From Bigelowiella natans CCMP2755 (lineage: Eukaryota; Protista; Cercozoa): a stretch of DNA of 64,000 bases. A model generated the notes under the pieces. The model saw only the letters and a program-made list of their open reading frames with translations, was not told where the DNA came from and did not search any database. Location of the stretch: positions 29,810-93,809 of the forward strand of contig ADNK01003163.1 of assembly GCA_000320545.1 (NCBI GenBank), written 5' to 3'. Positions 1 through 14,400 of the stretch are shown here, piece after piece. A program made the translations under genes and the position numbers. How positions within the stretch are numbered: position 1 is the stretch's first letter; every line of letters begins with the position of its first letter.

Positions 1-456
1 GAGTGCAGGGATCATTGCACCGAGTGTGCCCTTTGCAATCGCGTCCATTGACCGCTCCGCTGCGTGCCTCCTTTCCTCCGTGCTGAGAGCGCCAACGGAC
101 GACGAGGTGCTGCTACTGTTGGCCGATGAACATGACGCGTTGTCATCATCAAGCACCACAGGAGGTGGGACAGTGTGCAGCTCGGGAAACACGGTGGAGG
201 TGGACACGGTTGACACGGAATCGGACACAGAAGAGGACGAGGATGCGCGACGGCTAGCTCTGGAGTTCGACGCGTTGAGCACATGCTGCTCGTTTCTAGC
301 CTTCTTCCAATGCTCTTCCGATGATGAAGTCTTTTTCTGCAGTTCAAACAAATTCTGCATGGCTCGCATGACATCAGCCTGGGCGTCCTCGACAGAGGCG
401 GTCGCCACGTCATTGGTGGTGGAAGCTTTCCTCTTCTTTTTGCCCGATTTCCCCAT
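1..456 (-). CDS. Hypothetical protein, 5' part only (runs off the window); Ser-rich with a basic NLS-like N-terminus
   Basis: ATG at 456 opens 152 uninterrupted codons to position 1 (MGKSGKKKRKASTTNDVATASVEDAQADVMRAMQNLFELQKK...). It is absent from the ORF track because no stop falls in the window. It contains no Tyr and lies in a TpA-depleted tract. Confidence 0.55.
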   Translation of the reverse strand, partial: MGKSGKKKRKASTTNDVATASVEDAQADVMRAMQNLFELQKKTSSSEEHWKKARNEQHVLNASNSRASRRASSSSSVSDSVSTVSTSTVFPELHTVPPPVVLDDDNASCSSANSSSTSSSVGALSTEERRHAAERSMDAIAKGTLGAMIPAL

Positions 457-1129
457 CAGAGAGACCGCTCAACCCAATGTGGTGTCACATGTGTGTGTGT
501 TTGATGCTTTGGTTGCGATGGATGTGTGCAGAGTGTTTGTGTAGGGCCACACCAGCGCGTGCGAAGGGAGAGAAAGGAGACAGAAAGGACGAAGGCTCAG
601 GCGTGTATCGGAAATAAGACAACGCCGAACTAAAAAAAAAAGGAAGGTACTGACGTCGTTTTTTTTTAACACAATATGACCTAAAATGACCAAAAAAGTG
701 ACGAATTGGCGGGAAACACAAACGAAATGGCTTCCCGCATTTTCTGTTAGCGCATTTTTGGGTGAAAATGCCTAGAAAGAGTGCCAGTCTCACATTAATT
801 CAAATCCCACATTATTTCCATCGCAGGAAACCCGCATTTCAAAATGACAATTTGCTACGGCAATCACGACATGGCCTGTGTTTCACATCTACGTCCATGA
901 ACTCAAGGGAAAAACAGAGAGAAATCCATGTGTCATCTCGCACATTTAAACATAGGGGAGTTTTAAGGATTTCTTCGATGTTTCTCCAACCGACACGCGG
1001 GTTGGGCGTCGTCATGGTCTGTGCGTGTCAACCAACCAGATTGCTTCATTTTTTGTACTGGGATTTACACACTATTTTCACAGACAGTCTTGAATTATTT
1101 CATGAATGGCATGTATTTTGTGTCTTTAG

Positions 1130-1957
<828 letters not shown>

Positions 1958-2751
1958 GAAGGATCAATTGATCCACACGAAACAATGAAGTGAAGCAGAA
2001 TGCATGCAACGTCACAAATTTACATCAGTGTTAGCATCGCATCAGATTTGCAACTGAAACCATCAACAAAAAGTGTGACCTGAACACATGAGTTCTCAAT
2101 GCGATTGCGTCACACTTGCAACGCATCACAGACGTGCAATGCGATGTGTGCAACATGCATCATGTTGCTGTCACTGTGTCCATCATGCGTGTGCGCGAAT
2201 CGCATGCGATCGAGCACGCGAATCGCATGCGATCGAGCACGAAATCGCTGGGGCATGTTTGCAAGGCATGCCGTTGTGGTGTCTAGCTAGCTAGCTTGGC
2301 TAGGTGTGAGTGGGGAGCTGAGCAAGGACAGCATCCGGCCTCTCACTCAAGCCAGACGCACACGTTCCAATGATCACCTCCACCATTGTGCATTGAAAAC
2401 ATTCACACACACCACATCCGTGTTGCATCATCACCGCCATCACGCAACGCACACTGCTGATGATCGACGTCACAATTGCCAGGCTAGCAGGTTGAGCTTC
2501 GTTTTGTCACTGTCACTTGACCAAGTCAGCAAGCAATCCAGGAATGCGTGCAGGACCCACGGGGTCCCATGTGTGTGTGCATGTGTGTGTGTTGTCTGTG
2601 ACGTGTGCATCGACCACTTCACATGCATCTCCAAGCTCAGGTGCAATGCAAGTGAATCAGCGCACACACGAACACGTCTAGCTAGCTAGACGTGGCACAC
2701 GTGTTGATCGTGACTTGTTTGGCACACACGACTCCGTCAATGTGCCCTGTG

Positions 2752-3045
2752 ACGACTGGGTTTTGCACAAACCATGCTTGCGCGCGCGGCCTGGCACGCT
2801 CAATCGTTGCAATTGGACATTGGAAGCACACTGGAGCCTGTTTGAAGTTCAAGTTTGATTTTTTTTCGAATTTCAGCTTCAAAACTTCACTTTTCAACGC
2901 CTGCCAGCGGAAAATGCCACTTCTGAAACAGCTAGCGCAGTTGCACTTGCTGTGCCACAAATTTTGCAAGCTCATGAAGGTGTGCGCACACTGGCTTCAC
3001 GTGCTTGCAAAATTTCAGCACAAAAACGCAAAAAATGCTCCAATT
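2752..3045. repeat. Dispersed repeat family A, copy 1 (probable non-coding TE fragment)
   Basis: Aligns by eye with 51578-51970 (shared CAATCGTTGCAATTGGACATTGGAAGCACACTGGAGCCTGTTTGA... and ACTTTTCAACGCCTGCCAGCGG). Confidence 0.8.
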
Positions 3046-3203
3046 GAGAGGTCATGCCACTCGTCACAGGTTTGACGGAGTTGATTCGTCAATGCAGGGG
3101 TCCTGAGAATGTGAGAACCAAAGCGAACATTCCAGGAAAGCTCAAAGCTCAGACTCGTGCTCCGAAATGGGATGACGAATCAGGAACAAGAACAAGAACA
3201 AGA

Positions 3204-3304
3204 ACAATGATGATGAACTACATTTCCAAAATGTTGCAAGACATTTGCAGTGTGCGAAATGCAGTGCCTCGAACTAGCTTTGGTGAGGACTACAACTAGC
3301 AAAC
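3204..3304. repeat. Dispersed repeat family B, copy 1
   Basis: ACAATGATGA.GAACTAC.TTTCCAAA.TGTTGCAAGACA.TTGCAGTGTGC.AAATGCAGTGCCTC also occurs at ~51118-51217 and ~51643-51709. Confidence 0.85.
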
Positions 3305-3313
3305 TAATGATAG

Positions 3314-3428
3314 ACATGCAATACACAATATATATTATATATATAGTGTATTGCTGTGTCTATTATAAGTATAACATGCAATACACAATATATATTATAT
3401 ATATAGTGTATTGCTGTGTCTATTATAC
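3314..3428. repeat. Tandem pair (60-bp period) of AT-rich hairpin units
   Basis: CATGCAATACAC-AATATATATTATATATATA-GTGTATTGCTGTGTCTATTATA occurs twice. GCAATACAC/GTGTATTGC is a perfect 9-bp inverted repeat in each unit. Confidence 0.85.
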
Positions 3429-3619
3429 TAGCTTCAGTGGGAACTTGACTAGCAAACAGGAAGACAGTGGCTCGTGAGCACTTGTGGCATCTTCAAAACC
3501 TCAGTGTGAATGGCCTTCAATCAAAGGTTGCGACTGCATGCTAGAGCGTTTCTTTCAGAAAAAAGGAGGTGCCGTTAGATTTCATCTCAAAAGATTTGAA
3601 AGCAAGCCAAATCTACACG

Positions 3620-4419
3620 ATGGGGCAAACAACCAGTGCTAGTGGTACTAGCTCGACCCCCTCAGAGGGGGGGGGCTACTCAGGCTACTCCTCCAATGAA
3701 GAGCAGAAGAATAAAATTCGCAGTTCTACCCTTATGCTATGGAGGGGTTCCTGGAAAGGTGGAAAGTGGAAGACTAGAACCTTCCAGCTCAACGGTGCCG
3801 TCTTGTCGTTCTCGAAAAAAAATAATACGGTAACATTAACACATTCGCTCGGTGAAACTCAGCAATATCTAGATTCTGAAATGATTGATTGTGCTAGGCT
3901 GAGGAGTACCTCGTTTTGAAACGATGCACGGTGTATGAGGGAAAGGATCCCGATTTTACCAAGAGGTTAGAGCAGCTGGGACTACCGTCACGACTCAAGA
4001 ACACTTCGGTGCGTTGTTCACTTTCTTGCAACTTTTGTTTCCATTTTTGTTTTGTTTCGAACCAATCCCAATCATATTGCCCACACATTGAGACGTGTAT
4101 GCACTACTATTCGCCACCCCCTCCCTGTTACGTATAACTACCCCTTGTTGTGGCTGCTTGTCTTGTTTGAGTCTAATGCATTTAACTTCCACCACATATG
4201 GGCTGTTGCTATTGCAAATAAGAATTGCTTCGTGGTCGCTGAGGGCCCTGGTCTATGGTATCTAGCACTCCAGCCACCAGAAAATTTACCGAAGGACGAA
4301 CGAGATGTGCGCAAAACACCCAATCATAAAGACAGAGTGGGGGGAGGAAATGTGTACGAGACGTTCATTGCTAAACATCCTCTTTCGCTCAACGACTTGT
4401 TTGCTGTTTGGGATGAATC

Positions 4420-4459
<40 letters not shown>

Positions 4460-4791
4460 TATGCGTTTGAAATTCATATGCTGTCCAAAAGAGACTTGCT
4501 AGCGAGTGGGTCGATGCTTTGCGCAAAGCCATTCATATGGCAAATAAGGCCCTTGACGAATCAAGGTGGTACAGAAGAGCAGAGTTTGCAGCAGTAGCCA
4601 TAGTAGTGATGGATATGTCCCCTGGAATGTATCATGCGCTATTTCTTTTGAAATCGGGGTGTTGGTTGGTCCTCATATCTTAGGAAAGATACAGCACTTT
4701 CATATCGAAATTGATAACTCCACAATTCGCCTGCTAACATCACTCTCTTCTTTATTGCAGAGATGAAAAGCAAGAGACGCTATCCTCATCA
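3620..4791 (+). CDS. PH-domain region with N-myristoylation motif (multi-exon; probably the 5' part of the downstream RBR gene)
   Basis: MGQTTS fits MGxxxS. Spliced exons give KGGKWKTRTFQLNGAVLSFSK / EEYLVLKRCTVYE / NCFVVAEGPGLWYLAL / RLASEWVDALRKAI, i.e. PH strands plus the terminal Trp helix. GT-AG introns are in phase. Confidence 0.75.
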
Positions 4792-5626
4792 GTGAGAGAG
4801 GGGGTAATACAGGGAAGCGAGTGGAAAAGGAAGGAATTGAGGGAGGGAGAGAGGGAGATAGGAAGGAGGAAGAGTAAATCTGGGGATCAAAATGTTATTG
4901 TGGTGTTGTATCGGGAAACAAAGAACGGAATTTAATACATGATGACTTTATTGTATGCAAGTGCCTGCACATTAATTGTGGTGGTGGAAACATGCTGCTG
5001 CTGCTACTGTTGCTGATGGCGCTGCCTAGGATCTCGTTGGGAAAACAAAGCTACAGGCACTTGAATTACTTATCGACGGCGATATAGGTTGTTGGAAATA
5101 TAACGACAATAAATGATACCACCGATCAATTGTTCATCAAATACAATAAGAATGGATCTGAATCAATACCCAGCAGTAGCAAGACTTGCGAGCTACTGTC
5201 TTTCGGCATATATCTTTCAGCTAATATGTGAATTATAAGTTCGTAGTATCTTATGTGTTGCTGCTACCACTTCTTCTACAAATGAGATTATCCTTGCAAT
5301 ACTCCTGACACCATGTTCTTTGCTGGAACTGTTCCTAACATCCAAAGCTGCCGTTTCGAATCCGCGACTCAAACGCCTGACGAATAGCCTAACAACCAAG
5401 TAAAAATAGTAGCGTGAGAGTCGTAGCTGCAACAGCATTTGTAGTAGTAGTGGTGGTGGTGGTGGTGGTGGAAACCAGAGAGGGAGAAGGAGGAGGAGTA
5501 GGGGGGGAAGGGATTTCATATCAAATTTTGCATACAAAGATTCGGTATTTGTTTCAATCACCACTGACAGTCCTGCTGGCCTCTTCTTACATTACAATCC
5601 ATCAAACGCATAAACAACATACTCAG

Positions 5627-6859
5627 GGTCTTCGATCAATCCGATTTACATCGTGAGCAAACACAGGTGGTCCTACTACCATTAGTAGAAGAAGCAGATA
5701 GTAGTATAAGTAGGAGCAGTAGAGCAGTAGTTATTTTCATCATACTCGTGCCATTTTTAAGTGCTCTGCTCATAACGCAGTAGTTAATAATAGCTCAAGC
5801 TTCTCATCATCATCATATACAAATGAGGTTGTGATGGAGGTTGCTGAAAGACTTCGTTTGACCATTGCCGAAGCAACTGCCAGCTTGCGTCATTTCAGGT
5901 ATTATGATTAAAGTAATAATAGAAGGAGGAGAAAATCCATTCTAGGAATCCTTGCATCGTTTGTGCACTGTTGTTATCATCATCACCATTTTAAAGAAAA
6001 CAATGAGATGTTTGCATACATAAAGCTGACACCGCTGCATTGTCGCTGCTTTGTGTCATCATCAATCAGCTGGAACCGCAACAGGCTTATGAACGCATGG
6101 CATCAAGATGAAGCATCCGTAAATTCAAAATTTTCCTTCCTATTCTTCTTCCTCTTCTTCTCCTTCTTCTTCTTCACTGATGCGAACTAGCATAGAATCA
6201 TTGATCAGGATAGGAAAAGACAGATGGAAAACATAGATAATAGGGGGGAGAAGGGGGGGGATGATGGTATTTTCGTCGTAGTCCATGATATCATTAACAC
6301 AAATGAACGAATACATGCCGTCGTCATCATCATCATCATCATCATCATCGTCGTCATCTCCATGACTGAAAACAATGGTGTGATTGACAACACAAGGTAC
6401 GTAACGAGGCAGGTCTAGCTGTCGCAGAATTCAAGAAGGTGATGCTCAAAGCAATCCCGCTACTACTCTTTGTGCATTATTTCTTGTAGCACAATAATTA
6501 TGACTTATCGTTGTACAGCATCACACGAACATAACAGATAAAACAACAACAACAACGACAATAAGATTTGTTTATCTTGAGTCATCGATCGACGTCGCCT
6601 TTTGACACCGGCGTTTGTTGTTGTGTTTAAATCAACGATGCACTTTTATGGCTATTTATAAACACACACTCGATGATAATACACAAGTGAGATGATGATA
6701 ATAATAATACACGGCATCACCATTATCATCATATTCGTAATTGATTTTACAGGAGTTAGGCAGCGACTCGGCAGTGGATCCAAATGCCGAAGTATAACCA
6801 CGCAAACTTGCCTTAAATATATGTTTATATTCATTCAATGCGTGCACTTCTTTCTTCGC

Positions 6860-6897
<38 letters not shown>

Positions 6898-7165
6898 TTG
6901 TATATATTTATCAACGGAGCCCAACATTTATGACTGTTTTGTCAGGTTCTCTGCCCTATTTGCTTCGATAACGTGAAAGTAAAAGAAACGACTGCCCTCT
7001 CCTGTGGACACAAGGTGAGAAGAGAAAAAGATGGTGGCGGAGGAGGAGGAGCAGGAGAGTAAATGTAGACAGAGTGGACGTGGGATGCAGTAGTAGGACG
7101 TTCATACCGCCCCCTCTCTTAGAATAAATTTAGATTTGATATTTATACACCTCAGCCCCCCCCAT

Positions 7166-7200
<35 letters not shown>

Positions 7201-7852
7201 TATCACCACAACCAACACCTTCTCCTTCTCCTCATCCTCCTCGTTCCTTCTCCTTCTCCTTCTCCTTCTTCTTGTTTTTATGCACTCAACTTTGCTTTCT
7301 ACCACCCTCACCTATGCCAACCGACACCACCCTTCCTTCCTCCTCCTATCGCCTCCGGGGTTGTTGTCGTATAATACAACCGTTCAATTAGTTTTGTGGA
7401 ACATGCTGGAAGGGGTTCTGCGAGGAAAAAGTAATGATAGATTATTGAGGATCATGATGATGATAATGATGATGATGATGATGATGATGATGACGTGATT
7501 CTCGAATTGTTTCACATGCACACAACATACACTAATGGCTGCTAGCTTACTGTGTATTATTGTTACTATGTTATCACATATCCAGGTTAAATCAGGGAAC
7601 TCTTGCGTCTCCGCGATTTGCATGTACCACAAGTGTACAGCAAAGGTAAAGAGGAGGAGGAGGAGGAGGAGAAGGCTGTCCGTATTACTATTTTAAATCA
7701 TGCTGCTGCTGCCTCCTTTATCTGATTCCAAGGTACCTCGAGGCACTTTCGAGAAGTTTCTGAGCGAAGATGCAGAGGGCAGGGCTTTGTTGCGGAAATA
7801 CGATGAATACTCAAACTCAGACTACGTGGATAAAAATAAGGCGCTCATCTGG

Positions 7853-7913
<61 letters not shown>

Positions 7914-8391
7914 TGTGTTCCCCTTCTTCTTCTACTCTTCAATGTATGGTTGTTATAGTTGCTGACTACGGCTACAACGACGATGACGACGATGGTGATG
8001 ATGATGATCATGATGATCATGATCATGATGGTGATAATCAGGTGTCCAGCTGCAGGATGCGGAAGAGCGTTGGAGATTCCAAAAGAAGGTTACTCAGTGA
8101 TAGGCAGATATATTCTCCTTATGATGACGATGCTGATGATGATGATGCTGGTGGTGATAGTTGTATGATTTGACTAACACTGCTAGATATTTGGGAGGAA
8201 TAGGGGAGGAATGAGGAGGGTATGCAACGTACCAATGACTCCTCAGCATCTTACTTGGTTGTTTGGTTGTTGTAGGAGATAGCAATCTAGATCTTCACTG
8301 TGCTTGTGGATTTTCCTTCTGCCAATTCTGCAAAAAGGAGGCGCATGGGTTGGTTGCTTGCTTGTTGTTGGCCATACAACAATTTACCACT

Positions 8392-8425
<34 letters not shown>

Positions 8426-8751
8426 CCCTCACCATCATTTTGAATGAATATATATTATACCAGACCACTACCCTGCTCTTTGGTACAGCAATGGGATGAA
8501 TTGGTGATTGATTCTGATAGGCTCAGTGAGAAGGAGAAGAAGGTTTATGTCGTAATCAATACAATACCACCTTCCAGTTAATCAACAAGTGCTGCTTGGG
8601 CAGCACATACTCTGTCGTAGTTATGCATACGCTATTCTTTTGTTTCGATAAGGCGAAAGAAAGAACGAGAAAGCTAAAGGAAAAAATGAGGAAGGTTGTA
8701 TAAATTATACTATGATGATGATGATGATGAGAAGATCGGAATATGTATATA

Positions 8752-8801
<50 letters not shown>

Positions 8802-9278
8802 GAATGCATAAATAATAGCACATTACCAAATTAAATATCAGAATGCTGAAAAGAATGAGAAATGGCTTCTGAAACGTGCAAAGCCTTGCCCACAGGTAGG
8901 TAGGTAGGTAGTAGCATTCCTTTCTTCTTCTACTCATTCAATCACATCACATCTAATTATTTTCTTCGTCGTCCTATGCATACACCATCCTGTCGGTTTC
9001 TCATCAACCAACACTTCTAATCTTATCATTCACATGTTTGCCGTGACGCATATCGATGGAATTAGTGCCTCAGATGGATTGAGAAAAACCAAGGGTATGT
9101 ATGTATGTATGTATGTATGTGTGTATGCACTCACCCATCGTGCCATAGACACTTGTAGTTATTGTTATATACGTGCTGCTGGAAAGCGCTGTGTGTCCTG
9201 TCTTCACTACGTTATGTAATTAATGTGTTATCGTCGATCTTTTCCCCTTCCTTCGCATCGTTATCACACACACACACG

Positions 9279-9354
<76 letters not shown>

Positions 9355-9669
9355 ATATTTGATTCTGCAGCTGCAACCACATGACGTGTCGCCAGAACGC
9401 TGGAGGCTGTGGGCACCAATTCTGCTGGTTGTAACAAAAGGATTGCTGCCTAAATAAACATAATATATTGTATTATATTATATTATATTATATATATATA
9501 TATATGACATCTTCCAGGTTGTGTCTCGGTAACTGGCAAGGTCATAGAAATTGTAATTCGTCAAACGCTGCAGCCAAGCAAAGGGAAGTGCTAGAGAGAA
9601 AGCGCAAGGTACATCAATTAATACTAGTACGAATTATTCATTACTCTTACACTACAATCAGCGCTACTG

Positions 9670-9717
<48 letters not shown>

Positions 9718-10619
9718 CATCCTTTGTCATCTACTATCTAATGTTGTGAGTAGTCAAGTCTTTTAACGTCATTTTCTATCATCATCATCATCATCATCAT
9801 AGGAAGGGTATTGGGATTCTGTTAAGATTAAAATATTCGGAAGCAAGGTCATCATCATCATCATCATCATCATCATCAGTTATTGTTGTTGTTGTATGCG
9901 TATTCTTTTCTATGAGATATTGTCTTGTTGCGGCTAGTGTTCTTGATTCGTTCTCGTTCTTTGTGGAGTACCCCCTTAGAGTCATCACTACTTCAACTAC
10001 TCTTCTCCTCTCTACTACACATGATCATCTATTCGTCGTTTTTGTTTTCGTTATTCGTCTCCCCGATGGCGGGATAATATGCTTTAGCAGCACAGAGATT
10101 TGTTTGAGACAACGATTGATTGATTCATTGAATGATTGATTGATTGATTGATGTCATCACCTATCTTTGTGCTGCCTTATTATGCGATAACCAACACTTA
10201 CATGTGTTGCTCCCTCCTCCCTCCGTGCTACTACTATGCACACAGGAAGAGGAACGTCTGGCATTCGCATCCAAGAAGTTTCTGGAAGCAAAGGTTGTCG
10301 GAAAACATGAATCAACAACAACAACGATGACGAAGTCCTTCCTCATCGCCATCATCATCATTGTCATCATCATCATCACCACATCTTAAAATAACTATTA
10401 ACCACGGCACTGACTCATTTCACGAGTATTATTTGTCCAACTACACATATTCAGTCATCGATCGAGCATTTGAAGAAAAACAGATCGGCTTTGGAAGTCG
10501 TAGTTGCTCAATCAGCGCCAAAGTTCACTCGGTATGATGATGATGATCATGATGATGATGATGATGATGACTCTATGCTGCCATGCTAATGAAGTCGGTG
10601 AGTCTTTCCTCCTCATGCT

Positions 10620-10652
<33 letters not shown>

Positions 10653-11144
10653 GTCGTCATAACCATCTCATGTTGTACTACTACTACTTAAGTGGGATGC
10701 TGCTGCTCTGCTTTCATAGGCATTTTAGTCGTATTTCTTGAAACTACTCTATACTGATAACTGCCTTTTCTATTTGATCTTGTTGTTACTACTACTACTA
10801 CTACTACCACTACCACTACTACCAAATTATATTTTTTACCAGAGCTGATCGAGAATTTCTCTATGCGGCAATCAATCGTGTTGTTCTGTGCCGACGTAAT
10901 ACGTGAACTACTATTACTTAAAGCGATAGAACGACAACAACAACAACAATATCATCATCATCCAACTTTGCTGAAAAATGATGATAATAATGGATATTGA
11001 TGTAAAACGGATTGAGGAGGAGTCTATTTTTGCATTATGTACTTTAAAACGGTTGATATCATCATCATCTCATCATCATCATCGTCATCATCGTCATCAT
11101 CGTCAATGTGGTGGTACTACAACTGACCGAGTGACTGATATGCA

Positions 11145-11179
<35 letters not shown>

Positions 11180-11775
11180 TACTACTACTTCTACTCCTCA
11201 GGAACACTCGCTTGGTCATATGCTCTTTCACACTTTCTTCCAGGGGATACCCCCCCTGCACAGCTGTTAGACCGTCAGCAAGCCATTCTTGAGCGCTACA
11301 CCGAGGTAGGTGCATGCATTCAATTCAATAGCTGCTTCTTGCTGTATTATTATGTCCGCAGCCCTCTATCGTTGGCTGTTGTCATCGACCGACAGCTGTT
11401 GTTTATCCACAATAATAATAACATATGCCGATGTTGTTGTTGTTGTTGTCTGAGCCTCACTAAGTAAGCTAATCTCTACGAATCAATGGATTGGTTAGGC
11501 TCTGCACGAGATAGTAGAAGCACCGCTCAAGGTGCTCAACTACCTGGCAGGGCCAACTGCAGGAAACTTCCACCGTTTTCAATCGAGAATCTTACAGGCA
11601 AAGCTAAAAGCTGCCGCGGCAGAAAAGGCCCTCGTCACTGCAGGTGATAAGTAATTGGAGGGGAGGAGGAAAAAGAGCGGAAGAGAGAGGAAGAAGGGGG
11701 CTGGGGGGGAGGGGAAGAGAGAGAGATTGCTTTCAATGCCTACATTTTCCCTGTCTATAAACAAGTACAATCGAC

Positions 11776-11834
<59 letters not shown>

Positions 11835-12096
11835 AAAAGGTGTTGATTTCCACGAGAACGGACTCCTCCCATCTGGAAACAAGCCCATCTACGGTCAAGA
11901 CAATGCAGTTGTTACGGGAGAAGACGTCAAGACAACAACAACAATAGCAGCAGCAGAAGCAGAGAATAGGTGGCAGCTAAATTCCGCCTGGTGGACACCG
12001 ATTGACCCTCATAACAGGGATGAGGGGGGGGCGGGATATGAAGGAGTAAGAATCACTAAAGAAGCATTATCAGCTAAATTGTACGATCTTTTGTAA
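5627..12096 (+). CDS. Ariadne-family RBR (RING1-IBR-RING2) E3 ubiquitin ligase, many short exons
   Basis: UBA-like EATASLRHF-WNRNRLMNAW. RING1 CPICFD...LSCGHKFCGTCW...CMYHKC. IBR WCPAAGC...CACGFSFCQFCKKEAH. RING2 KPCP.CLRWIEKNQG-CNHMTC...CGHQFCWLCLGNW. Ariadne helix TLAWSYALSHFL...LLDRQQAILERYTEALHEIVE. Ends approximate. Confidence 0.9.
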
Positions 12097-12790
12097 AATA
12101 TAATAATGCCTACTCCTCCTCCTCCTCCTCTTTTGTTGTGACTATCTTCCTGCTGCCTGTTACTTGCTCATTTCATTATTCTTCATGACTACTATACACG
12201 CGCACGCATGACACACACACTCTCAGAGAGAGAGAGAGAGAGTCCTTGACATATGGTCGGGGGGGCTGAGCAAAAAGGAGTTTTGTGGAAGAAGAGGACT
12301 ACGATGAAGAACCCCTCCCCTCCATTTTCCCCGGCATGTTGGGTAAACGCTCAAAAGTTGACCCAGGGGGGGGGGGGGGGGGGGGGGAGAGAGGATGTGG
12401 CTAATTAAGAGCAGCTGATATCGAGGTGATGATGATGATTTGTATTTCTATTTTCAGTTGTAAGTTACAACAACGATGGTGTTGAAGGCTATGGTTATGA
12501 GGGGAAGCTTAAGCAGCATCATAGTGGCAAGGAGGAGAAGGACGTAAAAGAAGAAGAAGAAGGAAGAGGAGGAGGAGGAGGTAGTAAAAAATGATGAGAG
12601 AAAATGTGAGTAGTAGGCGGTGGTGGTAGGGAGGGGAATCTTGTTCTCTTATTGCATTATTCAATGATGATACATATTGAAGAACTACATCCACGTAGAT
12701 TGAATACATACAACTACCAAAGATCACCCGTCTCCTAACTAATGGTTATTAATATTAATGATATTATTTTTTTTAATTTGTTGTTGTTCA

Positions 12791-12828
<38 letters not shown>

Positions 12829-12849
12829 ATGGAAATACAAATTAATCAG

Positions 12850-12974
12850 AACTTCTAGCACCGTTCCCAACAGCCCTCCCCTCCCTCAAGCGGCAGCCTT
12901 CAGCTATGTGGGCTTGTGTTCTCTGTGCACATCTTAATCCACTCTCGGTGTCAGAATGTGAAAGGTGATCGTCA

Positions 12975-13006
<32 letters not shown>

Positions 13007-13735
13007 ATCGTAGTTGTAGTGGTATTGCTGAGTTGTATCATCATTATTCTAAAGACAAAAATATATGATGTAAAGTTGTGTCCTTAAATATGATGACAAT
13101 AGTATTGATGATGATGATGATTATATCGTGTATACTAGACCAAGATATTATTCCATTTGTGATTATTCCTACTATTATCATCATCATCATCATCATCATC
13201 ATTATCATCATTATCATCATCAATTCCATTGTCTCATCACCGTAAAGCTAACTTCCTTTATACACATCGACTCTAATCTATCAAATAATAGATGCAAATG
13301 TGCTAAGAACGATTTCACTTTGAGGGACTTTCAATGTGTGAACATGCACACCAAGTGCCGGATGATGATCGATAGGCTCGAGAAGTAGTGATTGATGATA
13401 ATGATGATGATGATGATGACGACGACGACTATGTAATTGGTGATAGCGATGGTGAGGTTGGGGATGTAAACAAGAATAGCAGGAAATATTGAGAGGCTTC
13501 TACTTCTGAAATTGTGTAGTAGAAACGCAATAATTAACAACTACCTACTGCTGAAATTGTGTAGTAGAAACGCAATAATTAACAACTAGCTACTCCTGCT
13601 GCCACTTCTACCACCAGGTACGACCGTGAGGCAGAAATTTACCGAACAATTGTTGATAAAGGCAGAGCGCAACGCACCCCCATGATTCTTCTGCACTCGG
13701 AATCCTCTCCACCAAAGATAATCGCGTATGTTGTG

Positions 13736-13766
<31 letters not shown>

Positions 13767-14210
13767 TGATATACATTAGGACTAGAATGACGAGAGATTG
13801 AGTATGTACAGCACTGTCTTACACAAACACACGCACACATATTTATATATTGTATTACTGCATATGTATTTTGTTACTATTATCGTCGTCATCATCAATC
13901 ATCATCATCAATAACAACAACATAATCAAAAACAACAAAAAAAAAAATTCATTTGAATATATAATTGAATTCTTCCAAGCAGTTGTTTCTTCATCCACAA
14001 CTACTACTACTACTACAACTACTACTACTACAGTTATCAAGAGGTACTAAACGAGGAAAGAGAATTGGAAGAAAATAAGATTTCTTCGCAGCAGTACTCC
14101 TTCCTTGGGGGTAGAAGGTCTATCAATAATACCACCTATCTCATTTTCCAATATTAATCGCGTCGATCAACATAATACTTGCTATGATTCTTACCATCCG
14201 AGCCCATCAT

Positions 14211-14250
<40 letters not shown>

Positions 14251-14369
14251 CCTGATATCAGTAAGAAGAAGAAGCAAACGATGCCGCAATTCGAAAAATT
14301 GGGCGAGTGGACACAAACGCACCCTACTGTTGGAAAGTACATCAGAGGACCTGCAGGTGATGATTGATA

Positions 14370-14400
<31 letters not shown>

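Noticed and set aside
26-544. 172-aa plus-strand ORF
   Set aside because: Antisense shadow of the more protein-like minus-strand ORF starting at 456.
2088-3299. Cys/His-rich ORFs as metal-binding proteins (also 50968-52226)
   Set aside because: The Cys/His/Ala/Met excess follows directly from TG/CA-rich, TpA-free DNA. Overlapping ORFs on both strands and no motif spacing.
11240-11275. Suspected frameshift in the Ariadne exon at the C-run
   Set aside because: Recounting seven C's gives an intact frame (PGDTPPAQLLDRQQ).
12366-12388. Long G homopolymer as a functional G-quadruplex
   Set aside because: Similar G/C runs occur elsewhere (~19993, ~20511) in a slippage-prone genome, and their length is unreliable.
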